This document shows positions 1 through 9,817 of a DNA stretch of 64,000 bases, in pieces. Position numbers and translations under genes: made by a program. Source of the DNA: Nemertoderma westbladi (Eukaryota; Animalia; Xenacoelomorpha); the NCBI GenBank assembly GCA_032718475.1, contig JAUCBJ010001166.1:86254-150253 (forward strand), given 5' to 3'. Numbering within the stretch: the first letter of the stretch is position 1; every line of letters starts with the position of its first letter. The notes under the pieces are model-generated. The model saw only the letters and a list, made by a program, of their open reading frames with translations. It was not told the DNA's origin and searched no databases.

Positions 1-95
1 TTTAACGCTATATAAATATATTGCTAAGTTATAAATGACTTTGCAATACAAGGAACCAAAGTCTGTATGTCACTCTATGGGCTATCGATAGGGAA

Positions 96-406
96 ATATT
101 GTTAATATAGGTGGGGTGAAGACAAATACTAGTGACATAAAATACATAAGTTTGTTGCGATATTTCGGCCAACAGCCTTTTATTCAAGCAACTAGACTGT
201 ACTACCACACTACTGAAACTATACGCACTACTTCCTATGAACTACTGCTACTGCTATACTGATTATTGCACCAATTCATATACTGTAGGTATTCAGGTGG
301 CACGGCCTATTATTAACACATGTAAGCGGTATTATTATTTAGTTATAAATGAACTTGAGTATTAATATAAATTTAAATTTAAAAAGCACAATAAATATTT
401 ACCAAC
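96..406 (-). mobile_element. Penelope-like element 3' UTR / pseudo-LTR (left outer arm)
   Basis: Continues the GIY-YIG ORF end at 5454 once the gypsy insertion is removed. It is the reverse complement of 12534-12719 plus 17515-17612, and the same pLTR sequence recurs at 6672-6810 and 8950-9080. Confidence 0.8.
154..192 (-). ncRNA. Minimal hammerhead-ribozyme-like motif (variant core) in Penelope pLTR
   Basis: Minus strand reads GUUGC-UUGAAUAAAA-GGC UGUUG GCC-GAAA-UAUC-GCAAC: stem I GUUGC/GCAAC, stem II, GAAA, NUH=AUC. The core deviates from CUGANGA. Penelope pLTRs are known to carry minimal type I hammerheads. Confidence 0.45.
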
Positions 407-579
407 TGCTGTGATCTTAATAATATAGTTTGATCATGCAAAATGTAAATTAAGTTTATCCTGTATATAGGTAATCTCGTAGTATATTAGTCTTACTTAT
501 CCTAAGCTAGAATACATTTTGAATTTCCCGCCACCTGCATTTAAATGTTACATAACCATAATAAGGGTAGAACCCACCA
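407..579 (-). repeat. 3' LTR of gypsy element
   Basis: Direct repeat of 5276-5448 with about 6 substitutions counted by eye. The polypurine tract AAAGGGGGGAGT (minus strand) lies at 580-591. Confidence 0.95.
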
Positions 580-620
580 ACTCCCCCCTTTAAGATTGAG
601 TTTGTCTAACGAGATCGGAG

Positions 621-2240
621 TCAGTATTTTGTAGAGTCATAACGGATGGGCTGGTGTCGAATTCTACTACTCCTACGTAACATGGCGGTAGGAGGCTCAT
701 CTTTCTGGAATACCACAACATCCGTTGCTGGGTTAAGAGTGCATTTATTTTTCTGATTGTTGTTCGGTGGAATTCTATTTTTATGATTTTCTTTTAGTAT
801 ACCCTTTGGGAGTAATCGTGCTGAATACTTCATTTGCGGTTCCTGTTCCAGAATATTACGTCGAATATGACGACGGTTGCGCCACAGAACACGGCCACTT
901 GGTAAACGTATATGGTAATTGCGGCCACTGGCTCCTATAATAGAACCAGTACGATCCCACAGTTTAGTCTTTACATTCTGAATGTGAACAGGTGTACGTA
1001 CAGTTAGGGCCTTTAGTGGACGGTTCTGGATTTGGGGAGGGGGTGTCACCATATTGTCAAGAGTGTCGAGATGTTTGATCCACTGAGATGAAAAATTTGT
1101 ATGGTGAGAAGGCACACGTGTCCTAGTTTGGCGTCTGAACACAAGCTCAGCGGGAGAAAATCCATTTACCCGTGGCGTATTTCGCAGTTTGAGTAAACCT
1201 TTATGGAAACTATCAGTTTGTATATCCCCGTGATGTGATGCTGTGGCGACCAGGTGTTTGAGTGTTTTAACAGCCAACTCCGCGAGTCCGTTACTTTGAG
1301 GGAAATGAGGGGCAGAGAACGACTGATTGACTCCCCAATCCTGAAGGAATGATCGGAATTCCGCCGAATCGAATTGTGGACCTCCATCAGTCCGCAGTTT
1401 AATGGGAATTCCCAGGTTACTAAAAAGACGGCGAAGTACTGTAGCACCTTTTGCAGAATTAGGGTCATGCCGTCCGAATGCATGGATTTCAGGCCATCCT
1501 GAAAAGTAGTCAATATATGCTAAATAATGTTGACCTGCGTAGCTGAAAAGATCCGAACCAACCTCTTCGAATGGACATGTAGGTTGAGGGTCAGAAAGTA
1601 AAGGCTCTGGTGGTAAAGATGGTTTACGTTGTTGACATGGCATACATTTCCCAACTTTGTTTATTATGTCCACGGTTAAACCGGGCCAGAATACAGTTTG
1701 ATGGGCTCGTCGTTTGGAACGTTCAATCCCCTGATGAGATTGATGTAAAAGTTCTAGAACATGGCAACGTTGAGATTGTGGAATAACAATATGGGATAAA
1801 TACAGGACAAGCCCATCATCAACTGACAAATCATTTCGTAATTTCCAATATGGTTGTAGATCGTGAACTAAGTTCGTCGGCTTTGCTGGGAATCCATTCT
1901 GGATTAGATAGACCAGTTTCTGGTATTCTGGATCCAAAATGGCCGCTTGTTTTATACTTTCTATATTTGGGTCATTGAGGGAAGAATTTGAGTTGTTGTC
2001 GGCTAACGCATTGACAGTGCAGTGGCATTAATATGTGCACACATGTAAGTGTTGATGATCTCCTGTTCGGTAGTGACATCATCTGGGGTTGGGTTACCAA
2101 CTGGTGCGCGAGAAAGCGCATCTGGTATGTAATGGGTTTTACCTTTCTTCCATTCGACATGGAAGGAATAAGATAAGAGTTTTTCCTTGAGATGCCTCAG
2201 CCTTGGATTATCAATGTTATCAAGAGTTTTTTCGTTTAGA
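621..2240 (-). pseudogene. gypsy integrase region (HHCC zinc finger + rve core), frameshifted from RT/RH
   Basis: LHQSHQG...WPG...CMPC zinc finger; GSDLF, TDGGPQF and PQSNGLAE catalytic D-D-E motifs in ORF 621-1937. Confidence 0.9.
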
Positions 2241-2244
2241 ATTG

Positions 2245-3540
2245 CTAGAAGCGGTTTGTGATCACTCGCAATAATGAAATGTGGAATGCCGAGTAGATAT
2301 ATATGACATTTCTAATGGCCCAAGCAATGGCAAGTGTTTCAAGTTCGATGACTGCGTATCGTGAGTCAGTGTCTGTGAGGAATCGTGATCCATACTGGAT
2401 GAGATTAAGGTGACCTGAGGATGTCGGTTGTAGTAAAACAAAACCGAGTCCTTTCAACCTAGAAGCGTCAGTATGAAGTTCTACTGGAAGATTTGGATCG
2501 AATGGAGTAAGAATCGGCGGGGAAACTAGAGCCAGTTTAACGTCATTGCAGGCATTGGTGTGGTTGGGCGTCCACTGGAAGACGTTAGCTTTCTTAAGTA
2601 GTGGGCGTAGTGGTGCTGCAGCAGCACTTACCTTACTCGAAATTGAACCAAGCTGGTTCACAATTCCAAAAAATGATCGGAGTTCTGATATGTTTATTGG
2701 AATTGGAAAATTAGATATAGCAGAAATTTTAGTTGGATCTGCCTCTATTGCATTAATACCGACTCTGTATCCAACATAGTCAACAGTGTCTTTGGCAAAT
2801 ATGAATTTTTTTAGATTCAATGTGATTTGATGAGTGCGGCACCACTGTAGAACCTCAATATTTCGTTCTACATGGTTGGGAAAAGAACCAGTATGGACCA
2901 ACATGTCGTCCACAACTTTCTCGAGGTTGTCAATCCCCTGTATAGCAAGATCTCCACGACGACTATATTCATCCCCTGTTGATATCAACCCCATAGGAGC
3001 CCGCAGGAATTTAAAACGTCCTTGGGGACAGATAAAAGTTGTGAGAAACTGACTGGCAGTGTCGAGGGGAATCTGCCAATAGCCCTTAAGTGCATCGAGT
3101 GTTGGAAAGTAACGATCATCTCGATGGATAGAATCAACAGCGTCCTTTGGAGTCCGTAGAGGATGATATGGACACGCGCAGAAAGAATTGAGTTTAGTAA
3201 GATCTACACATATCCGCACTTCCTCAGGTGAGTGTGATTTTTTGGTGACAACCATCGGATGGCACCACTCGGTAGGGACGTCGATAACACGTTCAATTAT
3301 ACCTTTCTCCACCATGGATTCAATTTCGCGCTTGGCCTTCTCTCTAAGAGCAAATGGAACTTGACGAGAAGTGGTTAAAGAGAAAGGAATGTTGTTTCGT
3401 TGAAGATAAATCTTCATTGGTTTGCCTTGCATAGGCTTGAGATGTTCCACTGTGGAGAAAACATCTGGGAATAGTTCTAAAATTTGGTTACGTATTGAAT
3501 CAATGTCTGACTCAGAGGGATTTTCTGGAATTGTGCGTAG
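2245..3540 (-). pseudogene. gypsy reverse transcriptase + RNase H
   Basis: RICVDLTKLN, LDALKGYWQIPL, APMGL and VVDD (RT); TDASRLKGLG and RYAVIELETLA (RNase H). Frame is lost at the 3' end. Confidence 0.9.
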
Positions 3541-4991
3541 CTAATCACAATATTGTATGGAGTGTTCTGATTGGACATTGCAGATTTGTGTGGGAAAGTC
3601 AGTTGGAATGATTTTGAGATCTCGACAAGTTATCCAACCAAGAAGAAATCCATCAGACTTTCCAATCACGTGTATAGTTGTCACAGAGGTATAATTTCCA
3701 AGTGTAATAGAGCAGGGAAATTGTCCAAGAACCTTAAGCGCATGATGTCTGAAACTGTTAAGTGGAAGATTGCTGGGTTCCAAGTCAGACAGTTGGAATC
3801 CAAGTTTGTTAAATACAGAATCGGACATTATATTTGTTGGAGAGCCAATGTCTGGTAGAGCCTTGATATTATGTACCTGGATTCCTACTGAGAAATTAAA
3901 AGGGTCGAGGGAGACTATCTCTTGTGGTGTAGGCTTTTCATCAGAGTTATAAACATGATTTACTGAGGAATCGCTGTAACTAACATTGGAAGATGGGGTT
4001 TTCAAATACGTTTTATCCCATTTCAAACTACAAACTTTGGCCCAATGTCCGGTCTTTTTGCATAGGGAACAGGTTGATTCGTTTGCAGGGCAAGTGGACA
4101 TGTCCTTATGTAGGTCATTATCACACTGTAGACATTTCTTCCTTAAATGTTGTGGAATCTGGTCACGGGACTTACTACGATATCGAGGCCGTGACCTGTC
4201 TAGCGAGTTCCTCCGACACTCTTTCTGTGTTTTGTAAGTATTACCTTTTATACGGTTTACTGTAGCTCCTGGGTTGGCGAATTTACGGCCGGCCTCCTCC
4301 TGGCGGCAGAATGCAATGACGTCGTCAAGGTGTGGGTATGGACGAATCGCCATGAGGCGTCGGCGGATCTCCTCGTCTCGTAGCCCAACACGTATTCTAT
4401 CTGCCAGACGTTGGTCGAAGCAATGGTTGCAAAGTTCGGCATCCTGCCCTAGGTTCCTTAAGGCTAAGAGAAATTGGTTGAAAGTTTCTCCGGCGTTTGG
4501 ATTCGGCGTTCAAAAGCTTCGCATTCACGCCCTAAATCACGTTTTTCTTGGAAATAAGTTGCAATTGCATCGAGTCTGTCATTGATTGATATCGCATTTC
4601 CCGGCTCGGCGGGTTGGACGTCGATGTGCGACAGAACGTCCTGTGCATCTTGGTGTAAAGCGCGACGGAATGCCGCTAGTTGCTCCGGTTCCAGGAATTC
4701 TACAAGATGTACGAGAGTTGTGTAGTCGTCCCAAGTTGTACGCCAACGGCGAAATGCTCCAACTGAGGTATTCAGGTTTAAAATCGACGGAGGGTGAGAG
4801 GCAGCTGATCTGGCGAGATCATGACAAGGTAGATGCGGTTGAGTCGGCCTAATGTCAGTAGGAACATTGGGAGGAACGCGATATATATGCCACATTATTT
4901 GTAGCATCTCTGCACGTTCAGTGCGACGTCGCTGTTCGTCCTCTGCACGTCGTTGTTCCTCGCGTTGTTCCCAGCATTCTTCCATCTGCAT
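3541..4991 (-). pseudogene. gypsy Gag (two zinc knuckles) and aspartic protease, frameshifted
   Basis: CLQCDNDLHKDMSTC-PA and CSLCKKTGHWAKVC (Mag-type double knuckle); LPDIGS protease motif and LLGWITC..L. Split across ORFs 4464-4991 and 3541-4353. Confidence 0.85.
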
Positions 4992-5257
4992 AAGGAAGTT
5001 TGCCAGATCGGTTTGTTGAGGAGGATCCTCGGCTTCGAACTCGAGGATTCTGTACAGCTGTTTGCATAAATTAGCTGTCGATGTGCGAGGATTAAACTAT
5101 AAACCGGCATTTGTACAGTGGATTTTTAATGCGGCTCGGTCGAGTTCATCTATTTCGTCCACAGTGAGGTCCAAGTAATCTCTGGGTTAATAGCTTCCGC
5201 CATTTATTGTATTCGTAATTGAATTAGAAAATAAAATAATTCAAAAACAAATAATAC

Positions 5258-5275
5258 ATCCTACTCGCAGCGCCA
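5258..5275 (-). promoter_or_regulatory. Primer-binding site, tRNA-Ser type
   Basis: Minus strand TGGCGCTGCGAGTAGGAT directly follows the 5' LTR. It closely resembles the complement of eukaryotic tRNA-Ser 3' ends (recalled from memory). Confidence 0.75.
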
Positions 5276-5448
5276 TGCTGTGATCTTAATAATATAGTTA
5301 GATCATGCAACATGTAAATAAAGTTTATCCTGTATATAGGTAATCCCGTAGTATATTAGTCTTACTTATCCTAAGCTAGAATACATTTTGAATTTCCCGC
5401 CACCTGCATTTAAATGTTACATAAACATAATAAGGGTAGAACCTACCA
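5276..5448 (-). repeat. 5' LTR of gypsy element
   Basis: Direct repeat of 407-579, followed by TSD CCAAC. Confidence 0.95.
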
Positions 5449-5453
5449 CCAAC

Positions 5454-6670
5454 CAGTGTCGAACTTGTCCGTGTAATGAATATTCATGGAGGGCCTTTCG
5501 CGAATAATTAGCGTTTTCGCAGTTAACTTACTTACAGTGTACCCAGTCTTTACAATGTTTATGGATGCGGATTTTAAAGCGGTGCGGGGTGTTGGTGTCG
5601 TGCGGGTGTTGACCTACTGTGCTGTTCTTTAATTTATTTTTATTACATATGGAGTTGCAGTGTTTTGCTATTAGTTCTCTCACTGGTCCTACCGTCTCAC
5701 CAATATAATTTTCTTTACATTTATTTCATTCTATGTGGTAAACTACGTTTTTGGTTGTATATATCTTGATACTGTGATGGCATGTGTAACAGTTTGACTG
5801 TGTGACAGTAACAGTTTTGATACTCTTGTTGCTGGGCACTTAAGCTTACTAGTGTTGACCTAATTAGTATGCTATGGAGTTTTGGTCTGGTAGTGGATGC
5901 AACCCGCGTGCCATCGGCGAATGGCGACTCTCGTATGGTTGTGTGAATTCTGAACAGGATGTTTTCGTCAAGATAAGGAAGTACGAGTGGAAACTTACGC
6001 GTGTTGTGTGTGTTTACGTGTGTGTTTGGTGTTTTGGTTGTCGTAACTTGCTTTATTAATTTATCAACGACAGGGGGTGGGTAGTCACTATTAATTAAAT
6101 TGGTTCTAACTTTACTAATGCTACGTGTTTTTGTTTGGGGGGTGGAGCTATTCCTAATAGCTCGCTTGATGGCGCTATGAGCAATGATGTTAATTATGGA
6201 TCGAGGTTGCCTACTATTGTAGTTTAAGGATATACCTGCACTAGCTGGTTTCTGGTACAGTTCGAACTCAATATAACCCTGGTTATTAACTGTAGTTAAA
6301 ACATCAAGGAAGGCTAAACTGGAATGTGATAATTCTATTGTAAATTTAAGCGACGGGTGGCACGTGTTTAGGTAATCTAAAAATACATTCAGTTCATCCT
6401 CTCCATGACGCCAGATGGCCCATCTGTCGTCATAGAAATGGTACCAACATAACGGTAATTCTCAAAGTACTCAGTTTCCTTTGTGAACGTATATTATAGC
6501 TATCAGGGCCCCTGATCTGTCCTCCATACCTAAACCCGACCACTGTTTATAAAACTTATTATTAAACTGAAAGTAACTATTTTCTAAGGTTAGTTGGAGT
6601 AAACCATAGAATTCAATTATTTCCAGTCCAAACATATTTATCTCCCTTTTGTGTTCTGACAGAAAATCTG
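5454..6670 (-). pseudogene. Penelope RT C-terminal half + GIY-YIG endonuclease, degenerate
   Basis: Minus strand near 5690-5750 reads KNVVYHIE*NKCKENYIGET (GIY-YIG), and ...TLIIRERPSMN... near 5480-5520. RT-like YFQFNNKFYKQ lies near 6540-6580. Confidence 0.8.
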
Positions 6671-6721
6671 TTCAAAGGAAGTAGTGCGTATAGTTTCAGT
6701 AGTGTGTTAGAGTACAGTCCA

Positions 6722-6760
6722 GTTGCTTGAATAATAGCCTGTTGGCCGAAATATCGCAAC
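6722..6760 (+). ncRNA. Minimal hammerhead-like motif (Penelope pLTR, inner left)
   Basis: GUUGC-UUGAAUAAUA-GCC UGUU GGC C-GAAA-UAUC-GCAAC. Confidence 0.45.
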
Positions 6761-7296
6761 AAACTTATTTATTTTATGTCACAAGTATTCTTCACCACAT
6801 CTATATTGACAATAGGACAACAGTGACCTGGGCACGGAAATACCTATTAAGATTACCCCTTTCGCTGGACCAGCGCTTTGCCCTGCTCGGACTGCATAAC
6901 CACGGAGAAACTAATGCACCAAAAGATGAACAGCCAGTTCATGCTGACATGCCAACGCACGCACAAATTCCACCGTTTTGTTGAAAGAGGGGTTCACACC
7001 CATTTCACACATACAGGATTCGAGCGTGTCATCACTAATTTTAAACGCACTATGCTTACTGCGGCTATCCGGTGCGCACATTCAAAAATAAAGGAACACT
7101 CAGAAACCCGACTTAAACTTAATATGCGTATCAATACCCTAAATATTCCACGGACAATAATAATCGAACGTATCCAGTCAACATGGACGGATATAAACAC
7201 ACAAGTTAAAGAACAACTCCACAAGAAACATTCCCACAAACTCACTAAGATTACACCAAACACCGCAACTAAAGTAACGTTAACCTCAGCACAGTT

Positions 7297-7440
7297 ACCA
7301 ACCCGCCATTCCGGCGACGGCTTTCCAACCCACCACTCCGACAATGGCTGACCAACCCGCCACTCTGGCGATGGTGGTCCAACCCGCCACTCCGGCAATG
7401 GCTGTCCAACCCGCCACTACGATAACAGCTGTTCAACCTA
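7297..7440 (+). repeat. 27-bp tandem repeat (~5 units) within Penelope ORF
   Basis: CCAACCCGCCACTCCGGCGATGGCTGT-like units, encoding PTRHSGDG or QPATPAMAV repeats depending on frame. Confidence 0.8.
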
Positions 7441-8195
7441 CAACATCACCAACTACCAGTACAACCCCCAACCATAGAACTACAGCACTCCCGAGAATCC
7501 CATTTCCAGAAGCAATGAGACCTAAAGCCCCTCCAGGACCACCACTTATGGAGCAAGAATTAGAGAATTTACAAGAACGCATCCTAGGGATTTGCCAAAA
7601 CTTTGCGCTCAAATCGAACCAATCAACAGCGAACCTAACCTCGGAAGAATATAAGGCTCTAAAGATCCTAAAGAAAGATAACTAAAGAAAGAAAGATAAT
7701 AATTACATTATAATTATAAAAAACTGATAAAAGAGGAGGGCTGGCAGTGTTCGATTACAACACCTACATCGATATGGAAAATACAGATTCTGTTCAAATA
7801 AAGGCCAGTATTAGGAATCTCTTAGGCCGGACTCAACTGCCAACAGTTATAAACGGTATGCTCACCACTAAACCCCATCCACCCCAGCTTTATTGCAATC
7901 CTAAAATGCATAAACCTAATAATCCAATGCGACAAATCTCGGCGAGAACTGGGTTTGCTGCGGAGAAACCAGCATGCTTTGTCTGTCAAATCATGCAACA
8001 ACTCTTACAATTCATTCCAGAATGTTTAAAAAATACAGCCGATTTTACCTCTCGAGTTCGTACAATAGATCGGATGGAACCAGGAGATATTATATTCAGT
8101 ACTGATATAGCGGCGATGTATACAAATATACCTTTGGAAGAAGCAGTCGAGGTCGCTACAGATTTTCTGTCACAAGACGTAAAGGAGATAAAGGT

Positions 8196-9082
8196 CTGTT
8201 GGAGTAAACCATAGAATTCTGTTATTTCCAGTCCAAACATGTTTATCTCCTTTACGTGTTGTGACAGAAAATCTGTAACAACCTCGACTGTTTCTTCCTC
8301 AGGTATATTTGTATACATCGCCGCTATATCAGTACTGAATATAATAGTGTGGAATAATAGTATAATTAGTGGTGAACATATCGTTTATAACTCTTGGTGG
8401 TTGAGTCCGGCCTAAGAGATTCCTAATATTGGCCTTTATTCGAACAGAATCCTTGTTGGTGGGGTCACGCATGAGTTCCTCGTAAGCGCTTGTGTCACTG
8501 GATACACGGTGTTTTCCTTATCGATATAGGTGTTGTAATCGAACACCGCCAGCCTGCCGCTTTTATCAGTTTTTTTTAATTACAATGTCCTTATTTTTCT
8601 TTAGGATCTTTAGAGCCTTCTGTTCTTCCGAGGTTAGGTTCGCTGTTGATTGGTTCGATTTGAGCGCAAAGTTTGGGTAAATCCCTAGGATGCGTTCTTG
8701 TAAATTCTCTAATTCTTGCTCCATAAGTGGTGGTCCTGGATTGGCTTTAGGTTTCATCGTATCTGGAAATGGGATTCTCGGGAGTGCCGTAGTACTATAG
8801 TTGGGGGTTGTACTGGTACTACTGGTATTGGTGCATTAGTTTCTCTGTGGTTGTGCAGTCCGAGCAGGGCAAAGCGCTGGTCCAGCGAAAGGGTTAATCG
8901 TAATAGGTAGTTCCATGCCCAGGTCACTCACTGTTCTAATCATATGGTCAATATATGTGTGGTGAAGAATACTTGTGACATAAAATAAATAAGTTTGTTG
9001 CGATATTTCGGCCAACAGGCTATTATTCAAGCAACTAGACTGTACTAACACACTACTGAAACTATACGCACTACTTCCTTTG
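8196..9082 (-). mobile_element. Inverted, internally deleted copy of Penelope segment 6671-8190
   Basis: Reverse complement of the plus-strand copy (PGPPLMEQELENLQERILGI and MYTNIP on the minus strand). It lacks about 6920-7450 and about 7870-8090. Confidence 0.9.
8997..9035 (-). ncRNA. Minimal hammerhead-like motif (inner right)
   Basis: Reverse complement of 6722-6760. Confidence 0.45.
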
Positions 9083-9227
9083 AACAGATATTCTGCCATA
9101 ACACGTAAAGGAGATAAACATGTTTGGACTGGAAATAACTGAATTCTATGGTTTACTCCAACTAACCTTAGATAATAGTTACTTTCAGTTTAATAATAAG
9201 TTTTATAAACAGTGGTCGGGTTTAGGT
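9083..9227 (+). mobile_element. Penelope RT fragment (start of right arm)
   Basis: Reverse complement of about 6527-6670. Confidence 0.85.
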
Positions 9228-9241
9228 GTCTGTTTAGGACC

Positions 9242-9817
9242 TTCGAATACGTAAGGCAAAGGCATGTAGCCTTGAATAGGCTTTCCAGGATTTGGAAGTC
9301 ACCGACAATTAATCGGAAACTTAAGGTCCGATTATTTAGAGCAGCGGTAGTTCCAGTACTCCTCTATGGGAGTCCATGCTGGTCTCTAACTGCTGAGGAC
9401 ACCAAATCTCTGGATGGCACATTCAAAAGAATGCTACGCCGGGTTCATTGTGTCAAGTACAATGCACACATCTCCAACCAGACACTATATAACATTGGAG
9501 GTGTCTCATTGGTTCCCCCAAGCTTGACACTGGAACAAAATCGCCTCCGCTTTGCAGGACATTGCTTTCGCCGTGAGGACCAGCCAGTGCATAATCTTGT
9601 ACCTTGGCAGCCTCATGGAGTGAATAAGCATGGTGGACAGCCCATGACTTTCTTGAGACGCATCTTAAAGGACACTGGCCTTGAAGATGCGGATGATCTA
9701 GCAAATGTCATGGGTGATAGGGAGTTGTGGCGCCGCAATTTTGTTGACAAGCCGGCACAGCATTCTTAAAAATGCAGCTGCAATGCAGCATGCCGATCCT
9801 AGTAGTAGTAGTAGTAG
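9242..9817 (+). mobile_element. RTE-clade LINE 3' fragment with (TAG)n tail
   Basis: KVRLFRAAVVPVLLYGSPCWSLT...LRFAGHCFRR...DRELWR, a short 3' UTR and a (TAG)6 tail. Near-identical copies at 18988-19518 (+) and 55531-56162 (-). Confidence 0.85.

Larger units (their letters stand above)
407..5448 (-). mobile_element. Ty3/gypsy (Mag-like) LTR retrotransposon, full length, degenerate
   Basis: Two 173-bp LTRs TG...CA (407-579 and 5276-5448), 5-bp TSD CCAAC (402-406 and 5449-5453), PPT next to the 3' LTR, PBS next to the 5' LTR, domain order gag-PR-RT-RH-IN. Confidence 0.95.
6671..8191 (+). mobile_element. Penelope inverted pLTR + N-terminal ORF / RT 5' half, degenerate
   Basis: pLTR with hammerhead-like motif, then NLTSEEYKALKILK, (K)TDK-G-like linker, PQLYCNPKMHKPNNPMRQI and STDIAAMYTNIP, all characteristic of Penelope RT. 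Confidence 0.85.
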
